Shown one piece after another: positions 39,521 through 53,483 of a stretch of 64,000 nt of DNA. The translations under genes and the position numbers were made by a program. The DNA comes from Ginglymostoma cirratum (taxonomy: Eukaryota): the NCBI GenBank assembly GCA_024137785.1, contig JAHRHZ010000003.1, positions 9,760,897-9,824,896 on the forward strand, given 5' to 3'. Numbering within the stretch: the first letter of the stretch is position 1; each line of letters starts with the position of its first letter. Below the pieces are notes generated by a model. That model saw nothing but the letters and a program-made list of their open reading frames with translations, had not been told where the DNA came from and ran no database searches.

Positions 39521-42233
39521 GACCTCACCACACATTGGCAAAGAACTGAAGATCATTGACATTCTGCAGAAAGAAGCACCTCATTGTATCTAACCTAGTT
39601 CTAAGTTTACATTACTTGAAGTCATGTTCCCTGTTCCACCAAAAATTATCTGGAATCCACCAGGACCAAATGTCATACTTCTCACTGTTTTATTTAGATC
39701 TTTAAAATAAGTCTGTGTTTTGGGCTTTCCAAAGTTTAAAAAAAAAACCTTTTGACTGGTGACCTGGAAACTAAGGATCCTCATAGAAGCCTTTTTGTAG
39801 ATTTAGTCAAGGGTCTGCATATACTATATCATAAAAGGATTCAAATTTGATGTGATAATCTCGCAGTCTCTGACTTCAGCTTTCGAAAGGACATTTCTAG
39901 CTTCCTGTTTAATTGCTTTTGCGAGACATTAAAGCTACAAACACTTTCAAGTTACTGTGTCACATTGGTCTGAGGCCATCACTGACTTGTGTGGGATCAC
40001 CTCTGCGCAATCTCCCACTTTGAAATCTTGAAGACTCAATCTGTTTGGAATTACCCAACCCAAGTGTAAGTTATGACCGTGATCTATGTTAAGAAGCATG
40101 TGTTAACTCTGGTGCCACACCTGCATGAATTCTGTTCTCCGTTTGAAGGAGATAAAACTATGAGAAACAGGTACAGAAGTAGGCCATTCAACACTTGGAA
40201 CCTACTCTATCATTCAGTAGGATGATCGCTTACCCAACATTCCTCACATCCACGTTCATGTCGTGCACAGGCTTGCAAACAGTTTCTTTACTGCCTTGAT
40301 CCAGATGGTAGACCAAGATGTGGGTTTTCCATTCTGAATAGACTCCCTGCATAGCAACTGTTAACAACCGATTACTGTCTACAGGAAGCAAATAAGATTC
40401 ACAGCCACTTCAGGACCTGGGTAATCAAGTGTTATGCATGTCCTTTGGAGGTCCTAACAGTCAATGTTGACATGGCTTCCCACATGTGTTAACTTGGGAA
40501 GGTTTTCAAACATTTCAATAAGGTTGGTGCAAGAGGATGTTTCTCCCTTGACACTCTGCATGTGTACAGTGCGACATTTCCTTCTTGGTCAAGTTGAATG
40601 TGTTATTTACCATTGATAATCCTTTCTTATGCACCAAGCTTGACATGTGAGCCTGTAATTTCCAGGGTTTGGAAAAGGATGGGTTACACATGGGCTTCTT
40701 TCCAGTCAGTGACACAGATGCCAGACAACAGCCTCCAGTTTAATGCATCACAGTGGCTCCCGCAGCACTTGTGGATGAATGCCAGCAACCACGATTTAGA
40801 ACTCTTAATTCTTATTAAAAATTCATCTGCATTTACTTTGACACATTTGATTTGAACATCAGCTTTTCGGTGTGGTATTGATTACCCAGGAGTAGCATCA
40901 GTACTGGATGCTGATGCAAAGGAACTATTGAAAATGTCTGCCCTATCCAGGGAACTTTATCTGATAGCTTAACCTTCACTCTGATGTTCTTCATGGTTCT
41001 TTAGCATTCTGTGTCCTATGTTCATGCAGAGAGAATGATCACCAGAAGAACAGTTTGGAGTGAACTGTGTCCTAGACATAGCAATGTAGTAACCTCTCAG
41101 CTGTTAAAACACAGGTGGCCTAACAGCTCGGGATGCTGGGTATATTGGTCAAGTAAAACTCTTAAATCACAAAACCCACACATCAGAGTGCAAACACTGT
41201 AGCCAGATGCTATTGACCTTATCATGATGTAAAAGGTAACAGTTGGCTTAACAACTCATCTACAAAACAAAGGAGGGCCCAGGCAGAAAGGCACCAGGTC
41301 CTGCTACCCAAAGAAACAAGCAGTAGCAAGCCATCCAAATGATGAACAGTGTTTCAAACTATTAAGTCTGTCTCCCTGATGGGCTACAACTCTAGAAAGT
41401 TAGAGAAAACCATCCAAAAAGATATAAAAACAGGGTACCTGCAGTCCAAACTCTCTCGACCACTTTGTTGAACCTTCTGGAGGCCTTCTGAGGAGACAAG
41501 CATGCCAAGAGGCAGAGACCAGCTGATCATCCACAGAGGGGAAGGGAGAAAGCAGCTTCACCCCAGAGACTGAGCCAGAGAGAGAGCGACTGCATCAATT
41601 GACAAGAGACTCAGGAAGTGTTGTAACCTGAAGGGGCCAAATAGGATTAGAGGTAGTATGTTTAGTATTAAAAGTTATTGTAAGTTCTTTCTTGATAAAG
41701 TTGGGACTGTTTTGCATTGTTACCTGCTTGTGTTCGTAGTGATCTGACTGCTTTGGTATTGTGGGACACTTGGGCAAATCCTTTGCTACCATTCCGGTTG
41801 GAGTTGTCTAACTTGTTTTAAGGAGGAACCACACAACAGCCATCATTCAAAATTTGAAAAGCAAGAACAAACTATTGCATTGTTCACCCCAAAGTTACCG
41901 TATAATCAGTTTATATGTCTCTTAAAATTATTTTTGTCGAAACAGGATATACCGTACTATTCCTATAGTAGCACACTTGGAGCACTTCTTGTGTTCTTGA
42001 TGTCTACTTTTATTTTGGTTTACTTGCTTCTTATTCCTATTGCCCATATTATTTTAGCATCTTAAAAATTTAGTTCTCGCACCACAGAGGGAGTCCATTT
42101 AGTTCATTGTGCGTCTGCCAGTTCATGTTTTGTGTTCACGACCTTGCTGTCTTCATTTCAGATTTTCAGCATCTGCAGTATTTTGCTTTTTATCAGATTG
42201 ACCAATCTTCTGAGCAGCCTGAATGGAAAATGA

Positions 42234-42377
<144 letters not shown>

Positions 42378-45300
42378 TAAGTTGTTGAATCAGTCATTTT
42401 TAGCTTCAATGTAAGATTTTAGGTCCTACCAGATTGTACATCAGACATCATGGTCACTTCATTCTGCCTGTTCCAGAAAAGATCACTTTGTGACTGGCTT
42501 AACACAAATTCAGTTCTGCTCTTGTGTGAATCCTGGTTGGATGGAGTGGATGTTTCGTGTAAACCATTTGGACCCTGTCAGTTATACACAATTCATGGAG
42601 AATGCTCACTCTTGGACCCAAACTGATTGGACACCTTTCTGAGACGGACAGACAGAAATCAGGCTGACTGTCAAATGGGTAGTTATTCCTGTCACAGTGG
42701 ATAACTTCTTCATAACATTGTGTGTATGCCAGAGAAACTTTCATCTGGCTCTGCTATGTTTGCTTTGTTTGGTTTCCTGGTTCGAATCTCAGTGAGTTGA
42801 AAGATTCAACCAGCTATGTCTTTGCGTCTCTTGAAATAACTTAAACTTGTCTGTGCATAATGGTCTTCCCGGAGAAATCACAAGTCACTGTGTGACTGAG
42901 TTAGAAGATAGTTAATGCAAAGAGCAGTCCTAACAATACAAAGGGAAAGAAGTTGTGGATTTGAGCAAAAAAGTGTCCCATCCAGCCCATTGGACTTAAC
43001 AAAGATCTGTGTAACCCAACTCCTTAAACTTTATAAATTAGTTCATGGCATCAGCTATTTTTAAGAATGCATTCCTTATTCTGTGAAGACTTTGAAAGAA
43101 ATTGCTAATTAATCCTAAATTTATGAACAGTCCCATCCCCACCCACTTTTAACAATGTGAACTGCTGGTAAGTGTGGTCTGTGCTCTCTGTACTGGCCAC
43201 ACTGAGATGCACTTGGTGAAATGTAGCATTCAACTTGAAAGCGATGAATACTGCTCAAGTCATAACTTACAAGATGTGACTCCCTCTGTGTGCTAAATCC
43301 AGTGCCTCGATGAGATATTGTATGTCATTACAACATGTTGAAAGGGTGATCATTTCCTCCAGCTCCCCCAAAAGACAGGCATATATCCTTCATTCCAACC
43401 AAGTCCAAGATGAGAGTTGTAAAGAGGGAAAGACCATGATGTCTGTGAAAAGTGCTTTCTTTTGTAATCTTTATCTCACAGCAGTGATCCTGTTAAAGCA
43501 CAAGATTTGGACAGTAGCACAACAGACCTTGGGGGTTTATGGGAGTTGATGGATGAATATTTGAAGAACGACCAACTGCAGGCCTCAAACAGGATTCCAT
43601 CAATTAAAGTGAAAGTTTATGCCTTCCACAAAGAAAACCCTCGAGTGACCATGGAAGGGAAAGAAATCTGTTGGCTGAAAACGTGCTGTTAAGATGCTGG
43701 GTTGAGGCTGAGAGGAGGGGTTTTTTGGGATGGTAAAATCTTGGCCACTTACTGATGTGACATGTGTTAAATTGGTACTGGCCTGTGGCACAAGCTTGAG
43801 TGGAAACTGCCTGAGCTGTTAGCCAGCAATGAAAAAAAGGGCTGCCTAACTTTCCCTCAATGGTGGATCCCTCCTGGAATCTAGTGAGTCTGCATAAAAT
43901 GAGAAACCAAGGTTATGCACCATGCTGACCCAGCACGACCACTGCAAGCCTGGGCAGAGTATTTGAAGTGGTAGTTCACTGTCAGTCTGCTTGAAATCTG
44001 AAAGCTTGTGTGTAGTAGAGAAAAGGACTGCGAGTGGACTTGGGAACTTAGGAAATTGGAGCAGGATTAGGCTGACTAGACCCCGGAGCTTTTGCTGTAA
44101 TTCAGCAAGATCCAGCCTCATCTTGTGCATGAAGTCCAATTTGTAGTGCAATTCTCCTGGATCCTGGATCCCTTTCCTGCCCAAAAAAAAATCTGTTGAC
44201 CTGAGCCTTGAATGTACTCAAGGACTGGCTGGGCTCGGAGGTGGCTTCTAAAATCTGGGGCACAGTCTCAGAGGAAGGACAGTCCTTTAGGACTGACAAG
44301 AGAATGAGTATTCTCAGCCAGAGGGTCATTAAGTAGGTGGAATTCTCCACCACAGGGGCATACACACATGCAGCCATGCACATGGAAAGCAGGATTCGGT
44401 CATTTGCCATTTCCTGGTTTTAAGATCTTATGGGAAAGTCTGTAAAACTGTACTGTGCCGATGAGTCTTGATTTGGATATCAGGAAGGGTGCATCAGGAT
44501 GATAGGTATTCAACATGCAAGTTTCTGTTTAGAAATGAGAGAGTTCAGAAATGTGCCCAATTCAGACACATAAAGTAGCATGATAATGTTGAGATGGGGA
44601 AGGCATTACTTAGAAAGAAAGGTGCTTTCCCCTACCACTCTGCAAGCTTCAGGGACATTCTGATCATCTGCCACTTTTTAAAGGCATTACGATTTGCAAG
44701 ATTGAAAATGAGGTCTCACTGGTATTGTAATGTTCCCTGTGGGAGTTGCAGGCAGTGTAAATTTCAGTTGAGAGTATGTGGCTGTCAGACTGTATTGGAT
44801 GCTTTTTCAGTTGATCGGGGACCCCACACAGACAGTGATTTAGCCTCGAATCTATACCTTAATGACCTTTCACTGATGCCACTCATTAACTGTGTGTCCT
44901 GTTTAAGCGTGCATTCTGTTGTTTAAGATGGAATATGGCAAATCTGCCAGTGATGATCTGACCTTGCCTGCTTACATTGAACAAGGCAAATAAAATTAAG
45001 GGCAATATAAATGCTATTAACAGGATCACTGCTTCAAGGGACTGTCCACGGTGGTGACTATTTTTGTTAGGTTTAACAATTGAGTTTGTGAGAAATGTTA
45101 ATTATTTTCTGTTTGGTCATCAACTTTCGGGGAAGGGGAGGGTCAAGAAGTGTCAGTTGAGGGCACCTGACGATGTGGATGGTCCCTTAAATCTCGGTGA
45201 ATGTTTGGTGAGATCAGGGGACTGGGCTGTCTCTCCTGTTCTTGGTCTGTTGGTCAAGGTTTTGAAAGATCCTGTAATACAACACATTAGCCTCTGCTTT

Positions 45301-47134
45301 TATAATTTTAATCTCATTTTTTCTGCACCTCAAGCTCTTCCTGTGTGTTTTTATTGTGCTTGCACATGTTTACATCTGTGATGACCTCAATTCTGAATGT
45401 TTTCTGTGCCAGTTTTCCCTTTTGTCTCTAATGTTATGAAAAAGAATATTTTTATTTTAATTGTGTGAACTTGGGAGGAAGAGTAAGGTAATTTCTGATG
45501 TTTGGACTCTCCTAAATTTGTGTTTAACTCAGTTTAACTCAGGGTTTGGGGACGTATCACTCAGGTTGAAGAGTAAGGAAATAGGCTGTTGTATTTCGTC
45601 AAACTAATTCACAAAATGGTTCAAGTGAGCTATGAGGAAGTAAAAGCTGATAGTCATTGAGAAAAATGAAACCTTTCACAGAACCATTGCCAGGGGACGA
45701 TTCACAATTTGTGGAGTTAGCAGAATAAACCTGGATGGCTGGGCTTATAACTGTTCAGATTTGGTAATTGTATCTGTCCATCTCAGACATCCTTCCTCAT
45801 CCTGTTGAAGTAAACTTTGCTCCGCAAGTGGTTGAAGTTTCTGATGCTGGAAACACAGTCTGTCACATTGATCTGTGACCAGATGTCCATAACACGTGCA
45901 CATTCTTAAAGCTGTTCACAGGCGTTCAGAACAACGTGCATGTTGGGCTCTCTGGCCATGGAGTTCCTCACGTGTTCTCAGTGCGATTACACCACTCACC
46001 AAAATAATGTGTCAAATCAGCTCACTTCTATTATCTCAGCCATCACAAACATTTGCAGCTGGCCACTAGTAATGGAAGCAAGTCCAGCAATGGTCCAGCC
46101 CTCATGGGAGCCAGCCTCGAAAGAGGAGTTTACTGAGGGGCTCTGTCCCCCGTTAACATGAACCTGCACCATGTTCTTCGTTTTCAGCCTACTTCATGAG
46201 CTGACTTTCCAATCCTTCATACTTATTTCACTGAATTTGCTGACATTTGTATGGGTCCAAATTCTCTCAGCACCCTTTGCTGCTTTCCGAAACCAGTGGA
46301 CTTTTATTCCTTTTCAAGTTGGAGTTGAGATATAATCTAGAGATAGTGATGTACTTTATTCATGGATTAATCCTGTTGAAAAAAATCAGTGGGAGGGGTT
46401 ACCCTGTGCCTGTGCATTGCCGTGTTCAGTTGTCATTGGTGAGGAGAAGATTTATTAGAACAAACCCCGTCCGAGACTGTTTCCCATTCGTTATGCTGGT
46501 CTGACATTCCCTGGGCACCAAGGACCAGAATGAATAGATGGATTACAGACTCTGACTGCACTATTTGATATTTCTGGTCCAGGGAAAGACCAAATTTCAG
46601 ATCGATTGGTTCATCAGCCAGTTGATGAGTAAGTGGTTAATGAAATGGGCTCCTGCTTTCTGATGATAATTGACTTATACTTAATTTATACAAGGACTGC
46701 AGCACAGTGTTGTGTATTACTTGGCAGATCTTTGTTACACAGCCTTGTTTAAAAACAAGTGGGTCGTTAGCCTCATTGGTCCAAGACAAGAATGTATAAT
46801 TTTGTCTTTTCAAAATTGCCTGTCTCAAACGACAGTCAGCAGTTAGCACAATTATTAGATGAGAACAAGATAGCCTTGTGTTTTAGATTGGAAGTGATAG
46901 AAAGGCTAAAGGGATTTTGTTTTACATAAAGTGTTCCCCCATCACCATTGTTCTAAATCACAATTTTTACAACCCATTGACAAATGCTGCTTTTATTTGG
47001 GGCTGCCGTTCAACGTTTCAGGTCCGACCATGATTTCCAGTGTCTTTTCTCACTGCGTGAGGAGGTCCCGTGTCATTCAGGATCTTAGCTCAACCTCCTG
47101 AACAAATCTTCAACACCATTTTGTTGATCGAGGG

Positions 47135-47460
47135 AGGTTGTGGCTTGTTGGCAACATTGCTAGACTAGTAAGGCAGAGGCACACACTGATGCTTCAAGAA
47201 CACAGGTTCAAATCCACAGCAATCGGTGGAATTCAAGTTCAGCAACTGAGTTGGAAAAACATATCTGATTGACACAAATTCAGTGGGGAAGGAGATCTGC
47301 CATCCTTCGCCTGTCTGGGCTTACATATAATTCCAGCCCCATGGCAGTATGATTGACTGTACACTGCTCTCTGAAATGGCCCAGTAAGCCACTTCGTCAA
47401 AGAGCAACAACTGATCGGTAATGAATGCTGAGCTTGTCAGTGACACGCAGCATCTGGTGA
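47135..47460 (+). mobile_element. tRNA-derived SINE, second family
   Basis: ctagactagtaag...ggttcaaatcc...gaaggagatctgccatcctt...ctctgaaatggcccagtaagccact. Confidence 0.6.
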
Positions 47461-49697
47461 AAGGTTGGAAAAGCCTGAGTTACAGGGCTGCTTAAGGTAG
47501 CGTTGTCCCCATATCAGTGGGCAAGTGAGAGGGTGTAGTAGGGTTCAAGGGAATTCCCCAGCTAGGGCTCCCAGCTCAGTGATTGTCAAGCCCAGTCATG
47601 CTGCTGCATCCTTCACTTGTATCTTTGTTGTACATCAGACTTTCTGTATTCACACAAAGAGGAAAATGAAGGCCCTCATTTGAATGCAGCTTTCAAGACC
47701 TGTTTAGGGTCTTGACAATGTTAGATAGCCAGTCAAGTACGTTTTAACGTGTTGTCGTGTTGTAATGTACAAAGCACACAGCAAATATGGGAACAATGAC
47801 CTAATCTGTTTTAGTGATGTTCTTGTGGAATAACAATTGACAAGCGCAGTGGGAAGAATTCAGCCGCTGTTCTTCTAATAGTTGCATGCAATCTTTTATA
47901 GCCACCCGAGGTGGGGCCTCGGTATGATGGCTCATCCAAATCCTAGCAGCTTGCACATTGCAGCACACCCTCGGCTCACATTTTTGCGCTTTAGTTTCTA
48001 GGACCGCAGTTTGAACCGACAGCTTCTGACTCCAAGGTGAGACTGTTACTAGCTCAGCCGTGGTTGGCTCTGCAATAGTCAAAAGTCACTTTGCAAGCCC
48101 AAAGTACCTTGGAAATGGAGACCAGTTGTGGGATACCCCTGTGATTTTAAGTGGCTTGACATCTGGCTTGGAGAAAAGGTCTAAAGTACAGGTTACAGTC
48201 AGTTTTTGTTTTAATTGGCAGGAACATTTTTGTATCAAGGAAAGATGGTATTGACGCAGCAAAATTGCCGCTGAGAGCAGACTGAACCCAAGTGGAGGGG
48301 GCACCCTGTGTCTTCAACATATTTGTCCAGTTTATTATTCTCACACAACCTAATCACAATTCTTCAGGGCCAGAAACATGAAAAGTAGAAATGTAGGGCT
48401 TTCTGTGGCAGAAATGGTTGTGAAATATTTTTCACAGCACAAAAAGCTGTATCAAAATCAGTTTTTACTAAGGACACTATCGTCATGAAAATTGTTTCAC
48501 ATCTTTGGAACAGTTGTGCTTGATAACTACTTCAAACTAGTTTCTCCTCCTCACTCAGTGAAACACAACATTGCAGCCCATTTGAGCAGTTCCTCGGTGT
48601 CCTGAAAGTGTTATCGCTTGTTACACAGCTTTATTCAAATCTTTGAGATAATATATATTTCACACCTGGATGCGCTTGTCACATTGTACCATAATTGTTC
48701 TGCCTCTGTGTATATTTGGAAACCACCCGCACAAACTTGGAAAGAGTGTAGTTACATCCTTCGCTGGACGTAGAAGTGCTGCATTGTTGCTCCTGAGTCA
48801 GATGGTGATGAGTTCATGCCTCATTCCAGCGCATCTGCAGGTGACATGTCCAGTGCAGTGCAAAGTGAGTGCTGCACTTTTGGCAATAGTTCATCCAGTG
48901 TCACGTAAAAGACAGCACTGCACTGTTCAAAGAGTTTTCTCAGTGTCCAAGTCGATAACCCTCAGCCAGCAGATTATCCTGACGTTTATTTCATTGTTGT
49001 TTGTGGAATAAAGACGGTGTTGCGAACACTTTTCAGATTGTAGGGGCAAACTACTGAAGATGCTGAAATCGGTACTGAAAGCATCAAATGCCGGAGATCA
49101 CAGTGGGTCAGACAGCATCCATGGAGAGAGAGCACGCTAATGTTTCTTGTCTAGGTGACTCTTCATTGGAGCTGACGTGGCTTTTTCAGATTGATCTGAT
49201 TCCAACTGCTGTCACTTAACTGACAAGTCTTCCCCAGACTGAGAGCTGGCTTTATTGATCATTTTTGTTTCTGTTTTGTTGAGGTGTTCTTGAACTGAAG
49301 CGAGCATATGATACTGCACTGCAGGTTTGGTTTTAACACTTCTGCGGATGTGCGTTATTCAAAAGACACAAACATAAAATGAAAGAAAGCAAGATATTTA
49401 CAGGCATCACAAGTGTAAAGATTTCAGAGCACACAACACAATGCAGTTCCATTAATCCTGACAGCACCCCTTCACAGTACTCAAACTCCAGACAGAAATC
49501 CCTTCTCGATCACATGTACAGAGCTTAACTTAACCGATGCATCAATTCCTGGGTTTTTCTTGAGTCTTTATTCAACTGACCTTTGATTTTCTCTTTCTCA
49601 GTTTCAAATTGCAGGTTTCAACCCAACACTTGTGGTTTTGACCTTTCAAACTAAAATCCTTGTACTGAGGTAACCTCTTCCTGAACAGTTTGAAGCA

Positions 49698-49925
49698 ATC
49701 TCCTTCACAACACAATGTGGAGCTGGAGGAACGCAGCAGGCCAGACAGCATCATAGGAGCAGGAAAGTTGACGTTTTGGGTCAGGACCCTTCTTCAGAAA
49801 AGGGTCCTGACCCGAAACATCAACTTTCATGCTCCTCTGATACTGCCTGGCCTGCTGTGTTCCTCCAGCTCCACACTGTGTTGTCTCTGACTCCAGCATC
49901 CGCAGTTCTTACTATCTCCTTCACA
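49698..49925. mobile_element. Palindromic Penelope-derived element with 12-bp flanking direct repeats
   Basis: Inverted arms of about 85 bp (49707-49791 and 49800-49884) meet at ggacccttcttcagaaaagggtcc. Flanked by atctccttcaca at 49698-49709 and 49914-49925. Confidence 0.85.
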
Positions 49926-51587
49926 TGAAGCTGTTTTTGCACTTTCAACTTCAACCAGAATTTCTGCAAAACTGAATTGAAACCAAAATCTTTTCTCAAG
50001 CTCTTGGCATTCCTGCTCTGTCAACAGAAATGCTGTTAAGATTCTGAAGCCTCGTGTACTACTATTTACTACATATGCGAAGAGTTTCCCAATATGGACA
50101 AATTCCTATTAGCCTCCAAGAACATGCTTTCTCATTTTTTTTTTAAACAAAGCAGGACTTCAGCAAGTTTGCAAGTGAATCATCAAACACCTTCAGTCAT
50201 ACAGACAAAAACACTAATGCCTGCTTTTCTCTCTGCCCAGATTCTGCCAGACCAACTCAGTATTTCCAGTGGTTTCTGGTTTTACTTGGGATTTCGAGCT
50301 GAGAGAATATTTTGCTTTTCTATTACTGTTTGTACCATCTTGCTTTGTGCAGTTTAGCGATTGTGTTTGCCTACAGTGCAACAGTGATTCCACTTGAACC
50401 TTTATTCTGGAATGCTGGAAAGCATTCTTGGCATGAAAGGTGAAAATCAAGATATTTTAAAGAGGGACACTGGCTTCATGACTGTGCACCTTAGACCTTG
50501 TATTGCTGTTCCCCAACTGCACCCTTCCCCATCCCCCCCCAATTTTCACTGACCTGAACACGTGTGACTTGACTATCTTGTGGAGTTGAATTTAATACTT
50601 TGCACAAATTTTCACAGGCACACTTAGTGGATAAAAGTCCCAATTGATATTAAACAACAGTGCCTTGATTCTTTGAAGAATTTCACAGGAAATCTGTTCA
50701 TATACATGTGTTGCATGTGCAAATTTGTGACGTATAGCTTTTTTAAACAACCAAGTAATTTGTCAGTAATGAAAAAGCAAGGGAGGCCATGCTGGGCTGC
50801 TTTGGAACCAGGACCTTGAAGTTACAAATTATTTGGTATCTTTCAACTCACCTGAGGGGCATGTCATCAGCAGCCATCGCACCAGTTTGCACACGGAGTT
50901 CTCTGGTATCAGATTAGCAGAGTAAAAGATGATTTCACTACTAAACAGTATGGCTATTGTCCACAAGTCCAGTTCAGGGCTGCTGATTCTTGTTTGTTGT
51001 TTCGGGGATTTTGATGCTTCAGTTTTCCCGTTTCTCCCATCGACACCTGATGGAAGGAGAGCCCTGAAAGGGAGGGGCTAGTGGATGGAGAAACACTATT
51101 GCATTTGATCATCTTTACGTCAGAGGCTAGTTTTGTACATTCAGGCAATTGGGAGCAATCATCACTGCAGCACAGATAATTTCCTCATCAGCCTATTGAG
51201 GGAGGTGTTCGTAGGCAGGGCTGGAGCAAGTGGGACTTGAACCCAGGTCTTGTCACTCAGAGGTAGGGACAAAAACCACTGTGCCAGAAGAGCATGTGTC
51301 GTGGGTGGATAACATCCATCCAGTAGTGATTCCACCCTATGATCAGGGATACTTCAGTATCAGTGAACACAATTAGCCTCCCAGCCTCACTGCCCATTAG
51401 CTATATAACATGAGAAAGTGATTCTTTTGGTTTTATTTTGCATGAGAAAGGCTGCCAAAAGAGGCAGTCCTTGAACTTGGCGCAAATTGTCAATGAGTTT
51501 GAGACTCTTTCAACAGGATACTTTGTTTGGATTTACCTTGCTGGGAGTTATTTGGCTGTTTACTGGGATCTTGGGTGAGTGATACAA

Positions 51588-51770
51588 GAATGCAAAAAGG
51601 CTGGAAAATCTGAGCCGAACAGGCAGCATCTCTGGAGGGAAACTGAGTGAACATTTCAGATTGATAACCATTTCACCAAACTGTGCGTCATTCTTTTCTC
51701 TCAACATATGCTGTCTGATCTGCTGAGTTTTTCCAGATTATTTTGTTCCTGTTTGAGCTTTCCACAGTTT
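51588..51770. mobile_element. Older hairpin-type Penelope-derived remnant
   Basis: ctggaaaatctgagccgaacaggcagcat is inverted relative to atgctgtctgatctgctgagtttttccag. Related single-arm remnants lie near 3.8, 4.2, 13.1, 42.15, 49.05 and 50.2 kb. Confidence 0.55.
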
Positions 51771-52147
51771 TTTTGTTTTTTTTTTAATCCTATGTCAGTG
51801 GATGACGTTGTTCGAAGCATCACTGCCTTGCTGTTATGAGTCATAGCAGTCAGAAATTACCTTACAACTGGTTCCACTCTTTGTGTTCTTGCTAGATTTC
51901 ATTTCTTGTTTAACTGTGCGAGGCCTAAAGTCAAAAGAGCTGTGAGTTGCCACTGGGCTGTCCTGGATGCTGCTCTGGCACCATGTGGATGTCTGTGTGC
52001 CAATAAAACTGTCCGTTTCTTCCTCCTCTTGTGACGATTCTCCTCTTCACTTCCACAACATTCACTAGTCCTTTGGTTCTCCCCCTTCCTCTCCTTACCA
52101 CTCCCCCTTCCCCCACTTGTCTCTCCTTGTCCCGCTTTGTTTTACAG

Positions 52148-52220
52148 TCACTGTATTCATCAGATTCTAGACAGTGTTAATCATATTCACCAACATGACA
52201 TAGTTCACAGGGACCTGAAG
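52148..52220 (+). CDS. CAMK2B: CaMKII alternative exon 6a, (S)[24 protein letters not shown] (gamma-like)
   Basis: 73 nt. Long pyrimidine tract ending tttacag, donor AAG|gtcagt. Open in the correct phase and contains the catalytic HRD motif. Not in the ORF track. Confidence 0.93.
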
Positions 52221-52870
52221 GTCAGTATTTTCTAACATTTACAGGAATGAAGAAAAAGAACCAAAAAATAAAAATAATGATACGCTTGAGTCTAAAATTG
52301 TGTCATGTTTACAGGTGCAGAGTTTCTTCTGCCTCTGGTTATTGTTTGTCCTCTTTTGTGTTGTTATTTTACCTTTATTTTCGTTGACCTACTTTGCATG
52401 GCTCTCACTACCATTCCCAAAAGTCTCTTGGGTTCTTGGCTGTGTCAGGCAATCGAAAGGAAATCAATCGGGAAAATTCTAACCATCAGCAGTCCCTTTT
52501 CCCCTAACCACCCCTCCTGCCTCCCACCTTTCCCACACAGTTCTCTCGTCGTGTGTGCTAGGTCAAAAAATTGAAATCGTTTTGCAGTGAAAGTTTGCTG
52601 CACATATTGGAAACAAAATGCCCACCCCCACACACCCTGTCATATTCAACATAAAAAATGTGGTTTTGGAAAATGTTGCCCCCTCATGACCTTTGAGACT
52701 TCAAGGACACGAATGCACTTCCACCCGTCCCACCCTTCTTGAGTCTGTCATGCTTTATTGCTCTTGACAATGTTCTTTAAGAGAAGCACAGACTGGTTTG
52801 TGGCCAGGGCCAAGCATGAGTTTATAACCACTTTCACCTCCTCATGGCGGCTTCAACATCTGAGACTCCG

Positions 52871-53099
52871 ATCAACCACTCTCAAGTGAACAGGGCACTC
52901 AATGTCAATACTGGGGTCAGACTACACGCCACTGTGGGTCAATGGGTGGATTATTTACAGGCGCTGAAGTCAATCATGCAGTGAGATTACAGACCACTAT
53001 GAGTCACTTGGGGGAGTGGGCGGGCGGTGGTTAGAGTGCAGGCACTATCGGTCAACATTGGGATCAGACTGCAGGATGTTGACCATCAACAGTTAAGTC
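52871..53099. repeat. Degenerate ~34-bp tandem repeat
   Basis: Recurring (g/a)tcaa...cagact(a/g)cag..cact at 52871, 52904, 52938, 52969, 53003, 53051 and 53085. Confidence 0.55.
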
Positions 53100-53483
53100 G
53101 TACGATAGGGCGTAGCATGTTTTTTTTGACCTTGCAGTTAGCACTTGATATCTGTGAAACAAGGATTTGGCACTATCTCTGCTCAAGCTGAGGGCAGGGA
53201 TAGGGCAAGATGGCACCGGACAGGGTGAGATAGTGTTTCTTTCACCAGCACAGAATAAATTTGGTCACCTACTGGTTTTCTTGAGTGGAATACATAATGC
53301 CCTGCAGGTAACCTAAATGCTGATTCCCATCAGCTGACAGAAGGTGACTGCATCGAATTACTGGAAAGGCTAAAACAGGTTTATTATTAGGAGAACTTTT
53401 TCACCACGGGATGTGATATTTATTGAATTGTCTACATCCTCAAATTTGAATAATTCCTGTTTCTTTCCACCACCCCCCCAACA

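Noticed and set aside
41200-41780. Possible additional LTR-like element
   Set aside because: The composition is suggestive, but no termini, duplication or second copy could be identified by eye.
52002-52007. AATAAA upstream of exon 6a as an intronic polyadenylation site
   Set aside because: A single hexamer is common by chance. The downstream pyrimidine-rich sequence is better explained as the splice acceptor tract.
52148-52220. Exon 6a as a pseudo-exon or assembly duplication
   Set aside because: Frame and splice sites are intact, it has many synonymous differences from 6b, and its protein sequence matches a known CaMKII variant. The flanks are not duplicated.
52871-53099. CRISPR-like array
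   Set aside because: The context is eukaryotic, the units are degenerate along their whole length with no constant repeat plus unique spacer, and there are no cas genes.
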